A DNA stretch of 64,000 nt from Octopus sinensis. Its lineage: Eukaryota. Below the pieces are notes generated by a model. The model was not told the DNA's origin. It did not search any database and saw nothing but the letters and a program-made list of their open reading frames with translations. This document shows positions 50,596 to 63,244 of the stretch, piece after piece. How positions within the stretch are numbered: the stretch's first letter is position 1; every line of letters starts with the position of its first letter. A program made the translations under genes and the position numbers. Where the stretch lies: positions 182,342,001 to 182,406,000 of the forward strand of contig NC_042998.1 of assembly GCF_006345805.1 (NCBI RefSeq). Reading direction: 5' to 3'.

Positions 50596-51472
50596 CGTGT
50601 GCGTGCGCATGCGCGAATGTTTGCTTGCGCGTACGTGTGAGTGCGCAGCGCGAACGTGTGAGTGCGCATGCGCGAACTTGTGCGTGCGCATGCGCGTACT
50701 TGTGCATGTGCATGCGCGAACGTGTGCGTGCGCATGCGCGAACGTGTTCGTGCGCATGCGCGAACGTGTGCGTGCGCATGCGTGAACATGTGCGCGCACG
50801 CACGAACATATAATTGCACATGCGCGTACTTGTGCGTGCGCATGCGCGAATGTTTGCTTGCGCATGCGCGTACGTGTAAGTGCGCATGCGCGAACGTTTA
50901 AGTGCGCATGCACGAACGTGTAAGTGCGCATGCCTGAACGTGTAAGTGCGCATGCGCGAACGTGTAGGTGCGCATGCGTGAATATTTGCTTGAGCACGCG
51001 CGTACGTGTATATGCTCATGCGCGAACGTGAGCTTGCGCATGCGCGAACGTGTAAGTGCGCATGCGCGAACATGTGCATGCGCATGCGCAAGCGTGCGCG
51101 CGCGCATGCGCAAACGTGTAAGTGCGCATGCGCGATCGTACAAGTGCGCATGCGCGAATGTTTGCTTGCGCATGCGCATACGTGTAAGTGCGCATGCGCG
51201 AACTTGTAAGTGCGCATGCGCGAACGTGCAGGTGCGTATGCGCGAATGTTTGCTTGAGCATGCGCGTACGTGTATATGCGCATGCGCGAACGTGTAAGTG
51301 CGCATTCGCGTACGTGTGCGTGCGCATTCGCGTACGTGTGCGTGCGCATTCGCGTACGCGTGCTTGCGCGTGCGCGAACGTGTATATGCGCATGCGCGAA
51401 CGTGTAATTGCGCATGCGCGTACTTGTGCGTGCGCATGGGCGAACGTCTAAGTGCGCATGCGCGTACGTGTG
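50596..51472. repeat. 22-bp CpG-rich minisatellite, ~40 units
   Basis: Consensus TGCGCATGCGCGAACGTGTAAG; period measured at 50881/50903/50925. Confidence 0.95.
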
Positions 51473-51850
51473 CAACGGACACGCACATAAAAGCACCATC
51501 CGTTCGTGTCCGTTGCCAGCCTCGCCTGGCCCCCGTGCCGGTGGCACGCAAAAGCACCATCCGTTCGTGTCCGTTGCCAGCCTCACCTGGCCCCCGTGCC
51601 GGTGGCACGTAAAAGCACCATCCGTTCGTAGCCGTTTGCCAGCTCCGTCTGGCACCTGTGCGGGTGGCACGTAAAAAGCACCCACTACACTCACGGAGTG
51701 GTTGGCGTTAGGAAGGGCATCCAGCCGTAGAAACACTGCCAGATGAGACTGGGCCTGATGCGGCCTTCCGGCTTCACAGACCCCAGTTGAACCGTCCAAC
51801 CCATGCTAGCATGGAAAGCGGACGCTAAATGATGATGATGATGATGATGA
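51473..51850 (+). mobile_element. 5'-truncated SINE with RTE-type (ATG)n tail and internal ~61-bp tandem units
   Basis: Units start at 51489, 51550, 51611; GGCGTTAGGAAGGGCATCCAGCCGTAGAAAC domain; ends CCCATGCTAGCATGGAAAGCGGACGCTAAATGATGATG. Confidence 0.8.
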
Positions 51851-51898
51851 TTATATATAAGATATTACATAGATTTATATACATATATATATATATAT

Positions 51899-51983
<85 letters not shown>

Positions 51984-52420
51984 CTATGTAATATCTTAAT
52001 CTGAGCAAGTCATTAAACTGGCATTGTAAATAATGATGCAAAGTAATTTTTAATAAAAAAAATTACCAAGAATAAAATTTGTTCAAAAGTGAGAAATGTA
52101 TAAAATTTAATTAGGTTTATTTTTTTTCTCTCTTGTAGAAATCTTAGAACCAATTATATTACATTTAATACAGCTTGGACAAGACGTATAAACTATGAAT
52201 ATATTTAATTAGTTTAGTAGATTCTATTGGTATGATCTATATATAGCAATATAATGGTCATATGTTACTTTATAGTGCAGCAAGCCCCTATTCACTCTCT
52301 CTCTCCCACTTACTTTGTTTACCTGTGTCTATATATATTATACTATATATTATACTATATATATATATATATACATTTACACACATATATATATATATAT
52401 ATGTGTATGCATATACAGTG

Positions 52421-52461
<41 letters not shown>

Positions 52462-52484
52462 CACACATACATATATGTTTCTTT

Positions 52485-52950
52485 GCAGACGTGGCTGTCA
52501 GTAAAAAGCTTGCTTCCCAACCATATGGTTCCGGGTTCAGTCTCGCAGCGTCTCGGGCCGATCCACTCACAAGCCTTGTGAGTGGATTTGAAGCCCATCA
52601 TATGTATGTGTGTGTATGTATGCATGCATGTGTGTATGCATGCATGTATGTATGTATGTATGGATGGATGGATGGATGGATGTGTGTGTGAGTGAGTGAA
52701 AGAGTGAGTGTGTGTGTGTAAGTGTGCGTGAGTGTGAGTATGTACGAATATATTTGTGTGAGTGTGTGTCCCATCACCGCTTGACAAGCGGTATTGGTAT
52801 GTTTACGCCTCCGTAACTTAGCAGTTCGGCGAAAGAGCCGATAGAATAAGTACTAAGCTTTAAAAATAAATAAGTACTGGGGTCGGTTCATTCGACTAAA
52901 AACTGTTTGAGGTGGTGCCCCAGCACGACTGCAACCTAATGTCTAAATTC
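52485..52950 (+). mobile_element. CORE-like SINE with internal microsatellite and CR1-type tail
   Basis: tRNA-like head GCAGACGTGGCTGT...GGGTTCAGTC, internal (TG/TATG)n, tail GGTGGTGCCCCAGCACGACTGCA. Confidence 0.75.
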
Positions 52951-53132
52951 AATATACGCACATGCGCGCGCACACACGCCGGTTCACACATACATAATAT
53001 TTGAATAGTACTTAAAATAATTTATTTCTGTCTCGACTTCCTTTCGTTTGTACAGTTCATATATCTATTTGAAATAGTTCTACTCATGGACTTAAACAGG
53101 AGCTCATAATTCAGCTGCCCACCACCACTCAC

Positions 53133-53171
53133 AACGCACATGCATTCAAATGGAAGGGAAAATATGTTTTT
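53133..53171 (-). CDS. Candidate exon (39 nt)
   Basis: Acceptor TTTCTTCCCTTCAG, donor GTT|GTGAGT; phase-0 reading KNIFSLPFECMCV. Confidence 0.22.
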
Positions 53172-53292
53172 CTGAAGGGAAGAAATTCTTTAGAGCTTTT
53201 TGTTCTTTTTTTTTTTTTTTTTTGCTATTATACACCATTGTCATGTTCATTTAATACATTACACTAAATTTCTTTTCACCCGTAAAGCCCTC

Positions 53293-53713
53293 CGATCTTT
53301 TCGGTTTGAACGGCAGTTTTTTTCTAGCGGTGTCATATGAAATAGTCACCCATAATTATGACCCTAGAATCGATCTATTGCATTTTAATCTGTTTTAGGC
53401 TTAGGGTTAGTTAGGGTTAGGGTTAGGGTTAGGGGTGGGGGGAATGGTATATTTTTTTCTTCACAAATGTAAATAAACAAATGTTTCTTAAACGAGGGAC
53501 AGAATGTTGTTTACCCCAATGGACGTCAGTGATTGGTTGAAATTGCAGAAATTGAAGAAAAAATCAACAAATATCTTACAAACTATAGAATTTGCTCAAT
53601 AAAGCCAAGAGAAAAAGATGTTTTGTAAACACATTCTACCAGTATACGAAGTTTAAAATTTTTTAGTTACCTAGAAATTATGTTAAAAACTGCCGTTCAA
53701 ACCGAAAAGATCC
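53293..53713. mobile_element. hAT-type MITE with internal TTAGGG repeats, copy 1
   Basis: 28-bp TIR GGATCTTTTCGGTTTGAACGGCAGTTTT; (TTAGGG)-like run at ~53400-53435; homologous to 56837-57259. Confidence 0.85.
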
Positions 53714-54418
53714 GCACTCTGTGTATGCTAGATCTGATACAGTCTGTTATATTCTAAAATTAGACTATTTGCTCTACAGTTAAATTTATTTTGTATAAAA
53801 TCCTTTGATATTAGGTCTTCTTCAATTTTGATTCAAGAATTGTCTTAAATAATATCATATAGTGTGTATAAGTGTGTGTATGTGTGTGTTGTGCACGTGT
53901 AACAGAAGTCAGCACTATATATTTACAAACAGCAGATGTTACAAATTTCAAATATATTCAGTTATTCTTAATATTTCATCGAATTAGACTTTCGAAGATT
54001 ATATTACAGTGTAATTAATATCTTCATTTTAATTACGTAATGAAAATTTCCAGTACATCAATCTTTATGGGCAATATATGTACTCCTTATCGAGTACATT
54101 AATTAGCCCGAGGTTAACTCAATTAATTTTTTCGTAACCCAGTTGACCTTAGTTGTTATCATTAATAATTCAAACTGTGTGAAAGTCATTGATTTAAAAA
54201 CCTTAAAGGAGATTGTCATGCTACTACATATGAAGAAAACCTTAGCGTAGACTGGGTAGAACAGAATTTATATACGTAATTACATCTGATATGTATATAT
54301 AAGCATATTACATGTACATATATGTACATGCGTCGTTGTTCCTGCGTTGTGTTATTAATATATTTTAATAATAGCTTCAGATTTCCCATCTCACAAATAT
54401 CTCTTCATGGCTAACGAT

Positions 54419-54557
<139 letters not shown>

Positions 54558-54593
54558 TATATAATATATATATACATACATATATATGTATGT

Positions 54594-54709
54594 GGCCTGC
54601 TCGCTTAGCCAGCGGGGTGGCGTCATTCGAAGGCTAAAACAATGCGAACGCATTGTGACCAGCGATGTGTAACAACATCTGATGGTCTGGTCGGTCACGT
54701 GATCACGTG

Positions 54710-54712
<3 letters not shown>
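54594..54712 (+). mobile_element. Short interspersed 3'-end fragment ending in tandem CACGTGAT, within (TA)n/(TATG)n
   Basis: GC-richer block sharply bounded by SSRs; ends GGTCACGTGATCACGTGAT. Confidence 0.5.
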
Positions 54713-54744
<32 letters not shown>

Positions 54745-55159
54745 TGTATGTATGCATGTATGCATGTATGTATGTATGCATGTATGTATGCATGTATGTA
54801 TGCATGTATGTATGTATAATAATACAACACGAGAATGGAGGGCATCAGGCTTTAACAGTAGATCACAACTTTCTACACAATAAAACAGCTTTAAGTTGTT
54901 GAGTTTGTTTTCATATGTATTATAGAATATCATCCTTTATCATAATAATATAGTTGAATATTTTTAGTAAACACCGGGGGAACACATGCGCCATAGAAGC
55001 CGGGCTTAACATTAATACGGGCCATTTGATTCGAAGTTTCACCAGACAAACCGACTTCAACGGTGACATAGTTACCATTGATATTAAATGTTACTTCGAC
55101 TCGACGAACAATATTCAGGGCATATTTAGTGTATTAACAAAACAAACCTATCAAAGCAG

Positions 55160-55197
<38 letters not shown>

Positions 55198-55329
55198 CAG
55201 TTTTGCATCTTTAGATATATACATCACATATATTTATAATTACATTTAAGTTCATAACATAAAAAGTGTAGAATGTTAGTTAAACATTTAGAAAATCTTA
55301 ACTCATTTAAAAGTAACCAGTGAACTTAC

Positions 55330-55437
55330 ATTGATGATTTCCAAATATTCTCCATTCTCTTTACTGTTGAACCTTTTTCTTTGCATCATTTTGGGTTGTG
55401 TCATGTTCTTTGCTTTTTCTTTACCGTCCTTCATCAT
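55330..55437 (-). CDS. Candidate first coding exon of the hypothetical minus-strand gene
   Basis: ATG with A at -3 and an in-frame upstream stop; MMKDGKEKAKNMTQPKMMQRKRFNSKENGEYLEIIN; donor AAT|GTAAGT; acceptor TCTTTTAATCAG (exon start 55448). Confidence 0.2.
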
Positions 55438-55984
55438 GATTTACGGAGCTGATTAAAAGACTTGTTTCTGATGCTAGTTTCTTTTTTATGGACGAGCCAA
55501 CAAAAACGAGTAGTTTTTCACACATTTGATGTATGTTTATACCAGTAAGACATAAAGAATTGTAGGGTTGAGTTGAGTTTAGGCCTATATATTTCTGTAT
55601 CGTGGTTTGTATCCAACCGGCAGTGTTGTAAGCACCGAACTTTTAGACAACCAGTAGACTTGCCCGTGTACAATAATGGAATAGGAATTAATAGCAGTGT
55701 GTACTTAGTGTGATTATTTTGTAAGTTTGCTGTGCTATGAAGCCGGAGAAATGGATTGAAAACATATTCTGGAATTACAACACTGGAAACAAAATATTTA
55801 GTTATGCTTGGATGAACTTGCAAACTTTGGTGCATTGCAATTAGAATTAAATAAATGAAAATAAAATATAATTAAATTACGTCAGAAAAGTAAGTTAATT
55901 TAAATTCGACCCTCAATCCGAATTTTTCGTAAAGGGAAAATTGTTTAAGATTTGTTGAGAATATGCTGAAAGTATGATAGTAAT

Positions 55985-56433
55985 AATGGTTTCTTATTTA
56001 GGCACAAGGCCAGCAATTTTAAAGAAGTGGATTAGTCAATACCATTAACCTCAGTACTTGACTAGAACTTATTTTCTCGAAATTGGCGGGGTGGAGTAGG
56101 GGTCATGAAAGGCAAAGTTGACCTCGGTGGAATTTAAACGCAAAACATAAAGCCAGAAGAAATGTCGCTAAGAATTTTTTTTCGTCATGCTAAGGATTCT
56201 GCCAGCTTGCTACCTTGATAATGGTTTCAAATTTTGATACAAGGCCAGCAATTTCAGAGGAGAGGCTAAGTCGATTACATCGACTCCATTTCTCAATTGG
56301 TACTTATTTTATCGGATCCGAAGGATGAAAGGCAAAGTCAGAATTGGTGACATTTGAACTCAGAATGTCAAGACGAACAAAATGTCGCTAAGCATTTTGC
56401 CCGGCGTGCTAACGATCCTGCCAGCTCGCTGCC

Positions 56434-56507
<74 letters not shown>

Positions 56508-56610
56508 CCTTTCTACTAAAGGCACAAGGCCTGAAATATTTTTCAGGAGAGGACTAGTCAATGCATCGATCCCAATATTCAACTGGTACTTATTTTATCG
56601 ACCCACAAAG
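55985..56610 (-). mobile_element. Three Meta-like SINE copies with TTA-type tails
   Basis: Repeated GGCACAAGGCC...GGATGAAAGGCAAAG blocks around an (AAT)n tract. Confidence 0.8.
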
Positions 56611-56836
56611 GGCTTCTGTCTTTGTTGCCGTTTTTTTCCCTGCATTCTCAGCTCCTCTGTCAGAAAGATATTAAATTGCTCATACTACCACATGTATAAC
56701 AATCGCTTTGTTTTCTGCATTAAGATTAGTGTAAACCTCCAGAATAGCCTTGTGATCCTCAGACACCATTAGAATATGCATGATCATGCAAACCCCACCC
56801 AACTATATGTTATTTCATATTACTTTCACGCTCACC

Positions 56837-57259
56837 GGATCTTTTTGGTTTGAATGGCAGTTTTTTCTAGCAGTGTCATATGAAATTGTCACCCATAATT
56901 ATGACCCTAGTATCGATCTATTGCATTTCAATCTGTTTTAGGGTTAGGGCTAGGGTTAGGGGTGGGGGGTAGGCTATTTTTTTCTTCAGAAATGTAAATA
57001 AACCCGATCTGTTTCTTAAACGAGGGACATATTCATACGGCACAGAATGTTTTTTTTTACCTCAATAGACGTCAGTGATTGGTTGAAATTGCAGAAATTG
57101 AAGAAAAAAACAACAAATATCTTACAAACTATAGAATTTTCTCAATAAAGCCAAGAGAAAAAGATGTTTTATAAACACATTCTACCAGTATACGAAGTTT
57201 AAATTTTTTTAGTTACCTAGAAATTATGTTAAAAACTGCCGTTCAAACCGAAAAGATCC
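56837..57259. mobile_element. hAT-type MITE with internal TTAGGG repeats, copy 2
   Basis: TIR as copy 1; perfect 8-bp TSD CGCTCACC (56829-56836, 57260-57267), characteristic of hAT. Confidence 0.9.
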
Positions 57260-57269
57260 CGCTCACCCT

Positions 57270-57700
57270 CTACCAGCACAGCGCCATAAAGGTGGGGACC
57301 ACTAAAAGGTTAGTGTTATTGCCAATGTTCTTGGCTGTGACACTTACATTTCTTCTGTATTCTACCTCATCATGTATTGCGGTGCCAGCCTATAGGCATA
57401 GGTGTAGTATACCAGTCCGACTCGCCGCTGCTTCGCTTCATCCTCAGTCTTAAAGGCCAGGCATATGATACTGTATTCATTTTCTTAGCCAGTGGAAATG
57501 ACATCGTTCCACTTATTGATAAGGATGTATTCCAGGTATTTCTTTTCAGCAAGTTGAGAGTATGCTACTTACTTTTTTCTCCGATCAGGGAAGTATTCGT
57601 CCAAAATGTTATACCTCTCTCTTGCTTTTTTTTTTCTGGAGCCGACGTGTATCCAGGGTTTCCTTTTGGCTAGCCACGCTGGCAAAGCTGTTGTTAAAGT
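57270..57700 (-). pseudogene. Decayed ORF1 fragment of another L1/Tx1-like LINE
   Basis: YFPDRRKK*VAYS...YSIICLAFKTEDEAK...LAPQYM parallels EKKKTIVYKI...VQVVFQDEELAK...LTPSYLG in the 37.8-kb ORF1. Confidence 0.5.
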
Positions 57701-58154
57701 TCTAGCTATCACTACATATGTTTCTCGAAATGCGAATGTGTTGGTGAAAACGAGTCTGTCCTTTTTCTCTAATATGTAAAATATGGGGTGGGGCGTAAAT
57801 GTTGCTATGGTTCTTGTGAGAACCCCTTCTTATCAACACCTCGGTGGACGACAGATTTACAAGTATTAAATAGAAATTATCTGACAGCAAAAAAATAAAA
57901 AAGTTCTCTTTCTTCCATCAAATAGAAAAATAAACGAATGAAAGACCACTCAACTCATTATGAACCTGGTCTACACAAACATGACACAAAAACGTCTATT
58001 TTTGAAAGTAATCCGATACTTTTTATAAAACTATCGAACTCGTAAAAGATATCTAAAGCAGACAAAATAAATAGGTAAACTAAAAGTAAAACTCATTATT
58101 ATTATTATATTATTATTATATTATTATTATTATTATTATTATTATTGAAAACAA

Positions 58155-58367
58155 AGCGATGAGCTGGCAGAATCGTTGGCACGCCGGACAAAATGCTTAG
58201 CGACATTTCGTCCGTCTTTATATACTGAGTTCAAATTCCGCCGAGGTCGACTTTGCTTTTCATCCTTTCGGGGTCGATAAATTAAGTACCAGTTACACAC
58301 TGAGGTCGATGTAATCGACTTACCCACTTCCCTCCAAATTTCAGGCCTTGTGCCTATAGTAGAAAAG

Positions 58368-58417
<50 letters not shown>

Positions 58418-58870
58418 GAAGGTGGCGTGCTGTCAGAATCGTTAACACATCGGACAAAATGCCGTTAAGCATTTGTCCGTCTGCACGTTCTGTGTTCAAA
58501 TTCTGCCGAGGTCGACTTTGTCTTTCATCCTTTCGGGGTCGATAAAATAAGTACCAGTTAAGTATTGAAGTCCATATAATGGAGTAGCCCCCTCCCCATA
58601 AATTTAAGGCCTTGTGACTATGATAGAAATTCTTCTTCTTCTTCTTCTTCTTCTTCTTCTTCTTCTTTCTTTTGATTTAGGTATAAGACTGACTGTCTTA
58701 AGGGAAGGGGGTTAATCTACACTATCAGCCTTGCGGAATCGATCCCGCCGAGACCAACTTTACCTTTCATCTCTCCAAGATCGATAAAATATAGTACCAG
58801 TCAAGTATGATAATATTGATTAACCCCTCTCATCAAAATTGCTGGCCTTGAGCCTAAATTAAAAACAGTT
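58155..58870 (+). mobile_element. Tandem Meta-like SINEs with TTA-type tails
   Basis: Copies at ~58155-58370 (ending GTAGAAAAGATTATTATT), ~58420-58640 and a degenerate ~58730-58870. Confidence 0.8.
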
Positions 58871-59228
58871 GTTATTAATTACTTGATATTATACTTTTTA
58901 TTTCATATAATTTTATTATAATTAAAAGTATAAAAGAAATAAATAGCTATAAATTATCAATTTAAATAAATTTTAAAAATCTGTAAAAAAGAAACGAAAA
59001 TAATTTTTTTCTTCAATTTATTTTTTGCGTATTTCTTTCGGTGTTACATAATCTACTTCAACGTTTCATTTTATAAGTAATTACTTTTCAAGTATAAATT
59101 AGCTTTTTCTTATCCAAATATTATAATGCAAAACTAAATACTTAATCCTACCGTTTAAGGTCAACAGGTGTTGAAGCTATTATGTTACATGCATTGCGGA
59201 CAAGTTACACTTGTGGCTCTCTCTTAAA

Positions 59229-59525
59229 GACTCCGCCGGTTACGACGACGAGGGTCCAGCTTACGATCAACGGAACAGCTTGCTGTGAAATTAACGTGCA
59301 AATGGCTGAGCATTCCACAGACACGTGTACCCTTAAGTAGTTCTCGGGGATAATCAGGTGACACAGAGAGTGACAAGGCTGACCCTTTGAAATACAAGGC
59401 AAACTCATTTTTGCCAGCTGAGTGGACTGGAGCAAGTGAAATAAGTGTCTTGCTCAAGGACACAACGCGTCGCCGGGAATCGAACTCACAACCTTACGAT
59501 CATGAGCCGAATGCCTCACTAAGAC
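59229..59525 (-). mobile_element. CORE-like SINE (head B + tail X), slightly 5'-truncated
   Basis: Nearly identical to 19383-19707. Confidence 0.9.
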
Positions 59526-59585
59526 ATTGTGGCTAGTGTTGCTTAAGTTCTTTCTTATGGAATATTGCTTTGGATGGTTATACAG

Positions 59586-59815
59586 CGGCGAGCTGGCAGA
59601 ATCGTTAGCACGCCGGGCGAAGTGCTTAGCGGTATTTCGTCTGCCGTTGCGTTCTGAGTTCAAATTCCGCCGAGGTCGACTTTGCCTTTCATCCTTTCGG
59701 GGTCGATAAATTAAGTACCAGTTACGCACTGGGGTCGATATAATCGACTTAATTTGTTTGTCTGTCCTTGTTTGTCCTCTCTGTGTTTAGCCCCTTGTGG
59801 GTAGTAAAGAAATAG
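59586..59815 (+). mobile_element. Full-length Meta-like SINE with Tx1-type tail
   Basis: 9-bp TSD GGTTATACA. Confidence 0.9.
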
Positions 59816-60252
59816 GTTATACATTTTTCTTCAAACTTTCAAAATTAATAATGGCTTTCAAACGTTGGCACCCAACTGGTACTTATTTTATCGACTCTGA
59901 AAGGAAGAAAGACAAAGTCTACCTCGGCAGAATTTAAACTGACTACGTAAAAATGGATGAAATGCCGTTAAGCATTTTTATCCGGTGTGCTGATAATTCT
60001 GTCAAAAAATAATAAAAATCAATACACTTAAACCAATGATTTAATACGTTAAAGATATACCATGTCATATCACATTTTCACTTTCTCATATCTCCTTGTA
60101 CATCTTTATTCCTCGATTCAGGTTCTTCAGTTTTGGTGCTTCTTTTTTTCGCTATAATTCTTTTCTATATTTCTCGTCCTCATTTTTCATGTTTCTTCAC
60201 TTCCTTTTCTTCTTTATCTCCTCCGTTTCCTCATCGACACCATTTCTAATAT

Positions 60253-60460
60253 GTTTCTTTACTACCAACAAGGGGCTAAACATAGAGGGGACAAACAAGA
60301 ACAGGCAAACGGATTAAGTCGATTGCATCGACCCGAGTGCGCAACTGGTACTTAATTTATCGACCCCGAAAGGATGAAATGCAAAGTCGACCTCGGCGGA
60401 ATTTGAACTCAGAACGTAACGGCAGACGAAATACGGCTACGTTCTGCCAGCTCGCCGCCT
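60253..60460 (-). mobile_element. Meta-like SINE with Tx1-type tail and small internal deletion
   Basis: TSD TCGACACCA(T/C)TTCTAATA. Confidence 0.85.
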
Positions 60461-60606
60461 TTCGACACCACTTCTAATAGAAAATATTTGGAGTTTATTT
60501 GTACTTTGTTGATAAAACAAGTTAACATATATAGAAATGACACAAGAAGAAGTTGTAGAGGTGGGATTCTTATAATGACAGAGAGAGAAGGAGAAAGAGA
60601 AAAAAC

Positions 60607-60639
<33 letters not shown>

Positions 60640-61076
60640 AAAGGGAGAATTTATCCTCATTTATGGGTGGAGAGTGACAGAAACATTACAAAAAAAATAG
60701 TACCAATATATTGACTAACAATATATTTGAATAAAACTGCACCTTCAACGTTAATAGATTAGTAGGTATCTAGTTAGACGTAGAAGCACTATTTATGATG
60801 TTTCAACTTTCTCCACGTCGAGAGTTTCCCAATTTTCTTTTTCATCTCGTTATTCTTCCGTCTTGCTTTGTAAAATACATAGTCTTACTTTGTTGAGCAA
60901 CCATTGTATCAAATTTACATTCCTTTCTATTACATTTTGTTACTTTAAATTCCTGGTCATTTTTCTCTTATCTTTCTATTTACTTTCTATGCCTTTACTT
61001 GTTTTCTTTCCTCGGTGACATACTCTTTTCTAAAAATCTGTGTACAGTCCGTTGCCATATTTCTATAGGGTGGCGC

Positions 61077-62160
61077 ATGAAAAAGTAATACGGGTTCCGC
61101 ATCATAGTGTAAATGGAGAAAGAGTTTAGCCCCCAATGACATTTATGCTGACATGCTTGCTGCATTAGGGGTTGACGCGCCAGCTTTATCAACAGGACAA
61201 ACACGTGGGCAGCTGAATTTAGGAAGAGAAGGGAGAGTATTGAAGATGATGCAAGGTGTGGACGTCCTTCAGCTACCAACATCGAGGAAAACATTGATCG
61301 TGTTCACTACATGGTGATGGTTGACACGTGATTGACAATAAATCAAATAGCCAATGGTATTAGCATATCCCGTGAGAAAGTTGAGAATATTCTGCACAAG
61401 GAATTTGGCATGACGAAGGTTTCTGTTCGGGAGCTGCCGCATCTTTTGAAACCTGATCAAACGCGCATCAGGTTGATCACATCACAGGAAAATCTATATT
61501 ATCTGGGGCAGATACAGCTGGTTTCCTTGTATGTTTCCTAACCTAGGATGAGTGTTGCGTTCATCCTTTTGAGCCAGAGACAAAGAGGCAATCCATGTAG
61601 TAGAAATATCCCTCCTCACCTGCTCCAAAGAAGGCCAAGATCGTTTCATCTGCAGGCCAAGTGATGACCTCAGTCTTTAGAGATGCAAATGCATTGTGTT
61701 TATTGACTATTTTTAAAAGGGCCACACCGTCAATGGAGAGTACTATGCAAACTTGCTGAGGAAGTTATGAAAGGTTATCAAGACCAAACGCTCAGGAAAA
61801 CTGACGAAAGTGATCTTATTTCACCAGGAAAATACTCCAGCGCATAAGTCCTTGCTTTCAATGGCTGCTGTGCGTGACTGGCTTTGAACGGGTTGATCAC
61901 CCTCCCCCATCTAACTATCAACTGTCCTTCGACATGAAAAACACTTGGCAGTATCGCAGTGATAATGACATCATATCTGCTGTTGATGTTTTTGACAAAC
62001 AGGATGGAAGCTTCTTCACCAATGGGATCCAAGCATTGTAACACCGATGGAAAAGTGTGTGAACCGCAAGGGAGACTATGTTGAAGAATAACGCTCATTT
62101 GGTCACATCTCATGAGAGTATCTTGGTCAGTCTCTGGAGTTTTCAGCCGACCATCGAATA
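61077..62160 (+). pseudogene. Mariner (DD34D-type) transposase pseudogene with right TIR
   Basis: WAAEFRKRRESIEDDARCGRP, LTINQIA...ILHKEFGMTKVS, FEPETKRQS, NGEYYANLL, LFHQENTPAHKS, GDYVEE; many stops and frameshifts; right end GAGTTTTCAGCCGACCATCGAATA. Confidence 0.9.
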
Positions 62161-63061
62161 TGATTCTATCAGGTTTAACTTGGTGGTTAAAGTGTTAATG
62201 TTAGGTAGAAATGAAGTGGATAAATCAAATACCATTTATATAATGCAGTCAGATTGACTATAGCCATTCTGTGATATTTCTAACCAGATATAAAAAGGCC
62301 AATATTTACTTTCCTTGGAAAGTGTAAAGTACCGGTAGAAATGTCCTACAGTAAGTATTTTGTTTCAGCGCTTTCGTCACGGATTTTAAATCCTCCAGAG
62401 GCCTTAAATAAGTATGTCATACACTGGCATCGATAATAACCAAAATATTTATAGACTTTTGCTTATGACCAGAATCTTTTTTCTTATTTTATCGTATTTT
62501 GTGTGAAGATATTTCCTTGCTAACAATTACTCATATTTCAATTCTCTCTTAAATTATGTCCCACTTAGTCATCAGGATATTAGGATGGGTAGTCAAATAG
62601 TCGACATTCCAATTTTCAAACTGAAAAGAAAATGTATTCATGGTTGAATTAACATAACTAGAATATCTTATCTCTATGGTGGGCTGCATTTGGCTCCTGA
62701 AAAAGAATCCCTTCTGTAGTTGAAGTACTTTGGAAAGACTTTTGATGGTGGAAGAACATATGGCAAAGTCTGCTTCGTTAGACTATGCCATTCATTCAAA
62801 ATCTTAAAGTGACATAACTATTTCACGTAAAGGCAGTTTATCCACCGAACTACTAATTCTGATTATCTTCAGCTCTTACCAATGGTTTACTTTTCGATAT
62901 GAAAATGATTAAATCTGAATTACAATTAAAACAAAGTACAACATAAAATACCACAAATATAACGGTATGTAATGAAGAAATTTATTAAATAATATGAGTA
63001 AACTGTCAATATTGAAAATTGATGTGTATGTGTATACACTATCACTCACACACACACACAC

Positions 63062-63096
<35 letters not shown>

Positions 63097-63244
63097 TCAT
63101 ACATATGAAGTGCCTTGCCCAAGGACACAATACAGCGATCCGTTTGGGGTTCGAACTTACTACCTTACGATCGTATACCGAACACCTTAACCTATAAGGT
63201 ACACTTCTTCAATTTAATAACTATGTATTAACTATCTATGTATG

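Noticed and set aside
51489-51680. 61-bp direct repeats as a possible CRISPR array
   Set aside because: Contiguous units with no unique spacers, eukaryotic context, no cas genes.
50579-51799. 406-aa minus-strand ORF and overlapping HARA/CACA-rich ORFs
   Set aside because: The 22-bp unit simply has no stop codon in any minus-strand frame; the product is repeat translation with no domain.
53398-53435. TTAGGG run as a chromosome end or fusion scar
   Set aside because: Internal to a MITE with TIRs; a second copy is at 56.9 kb.
62655-62790. Possible Tc1 transposase remnant (MVWAAFG-like)
   Set aside because: Too short and degenerate to support without a search.
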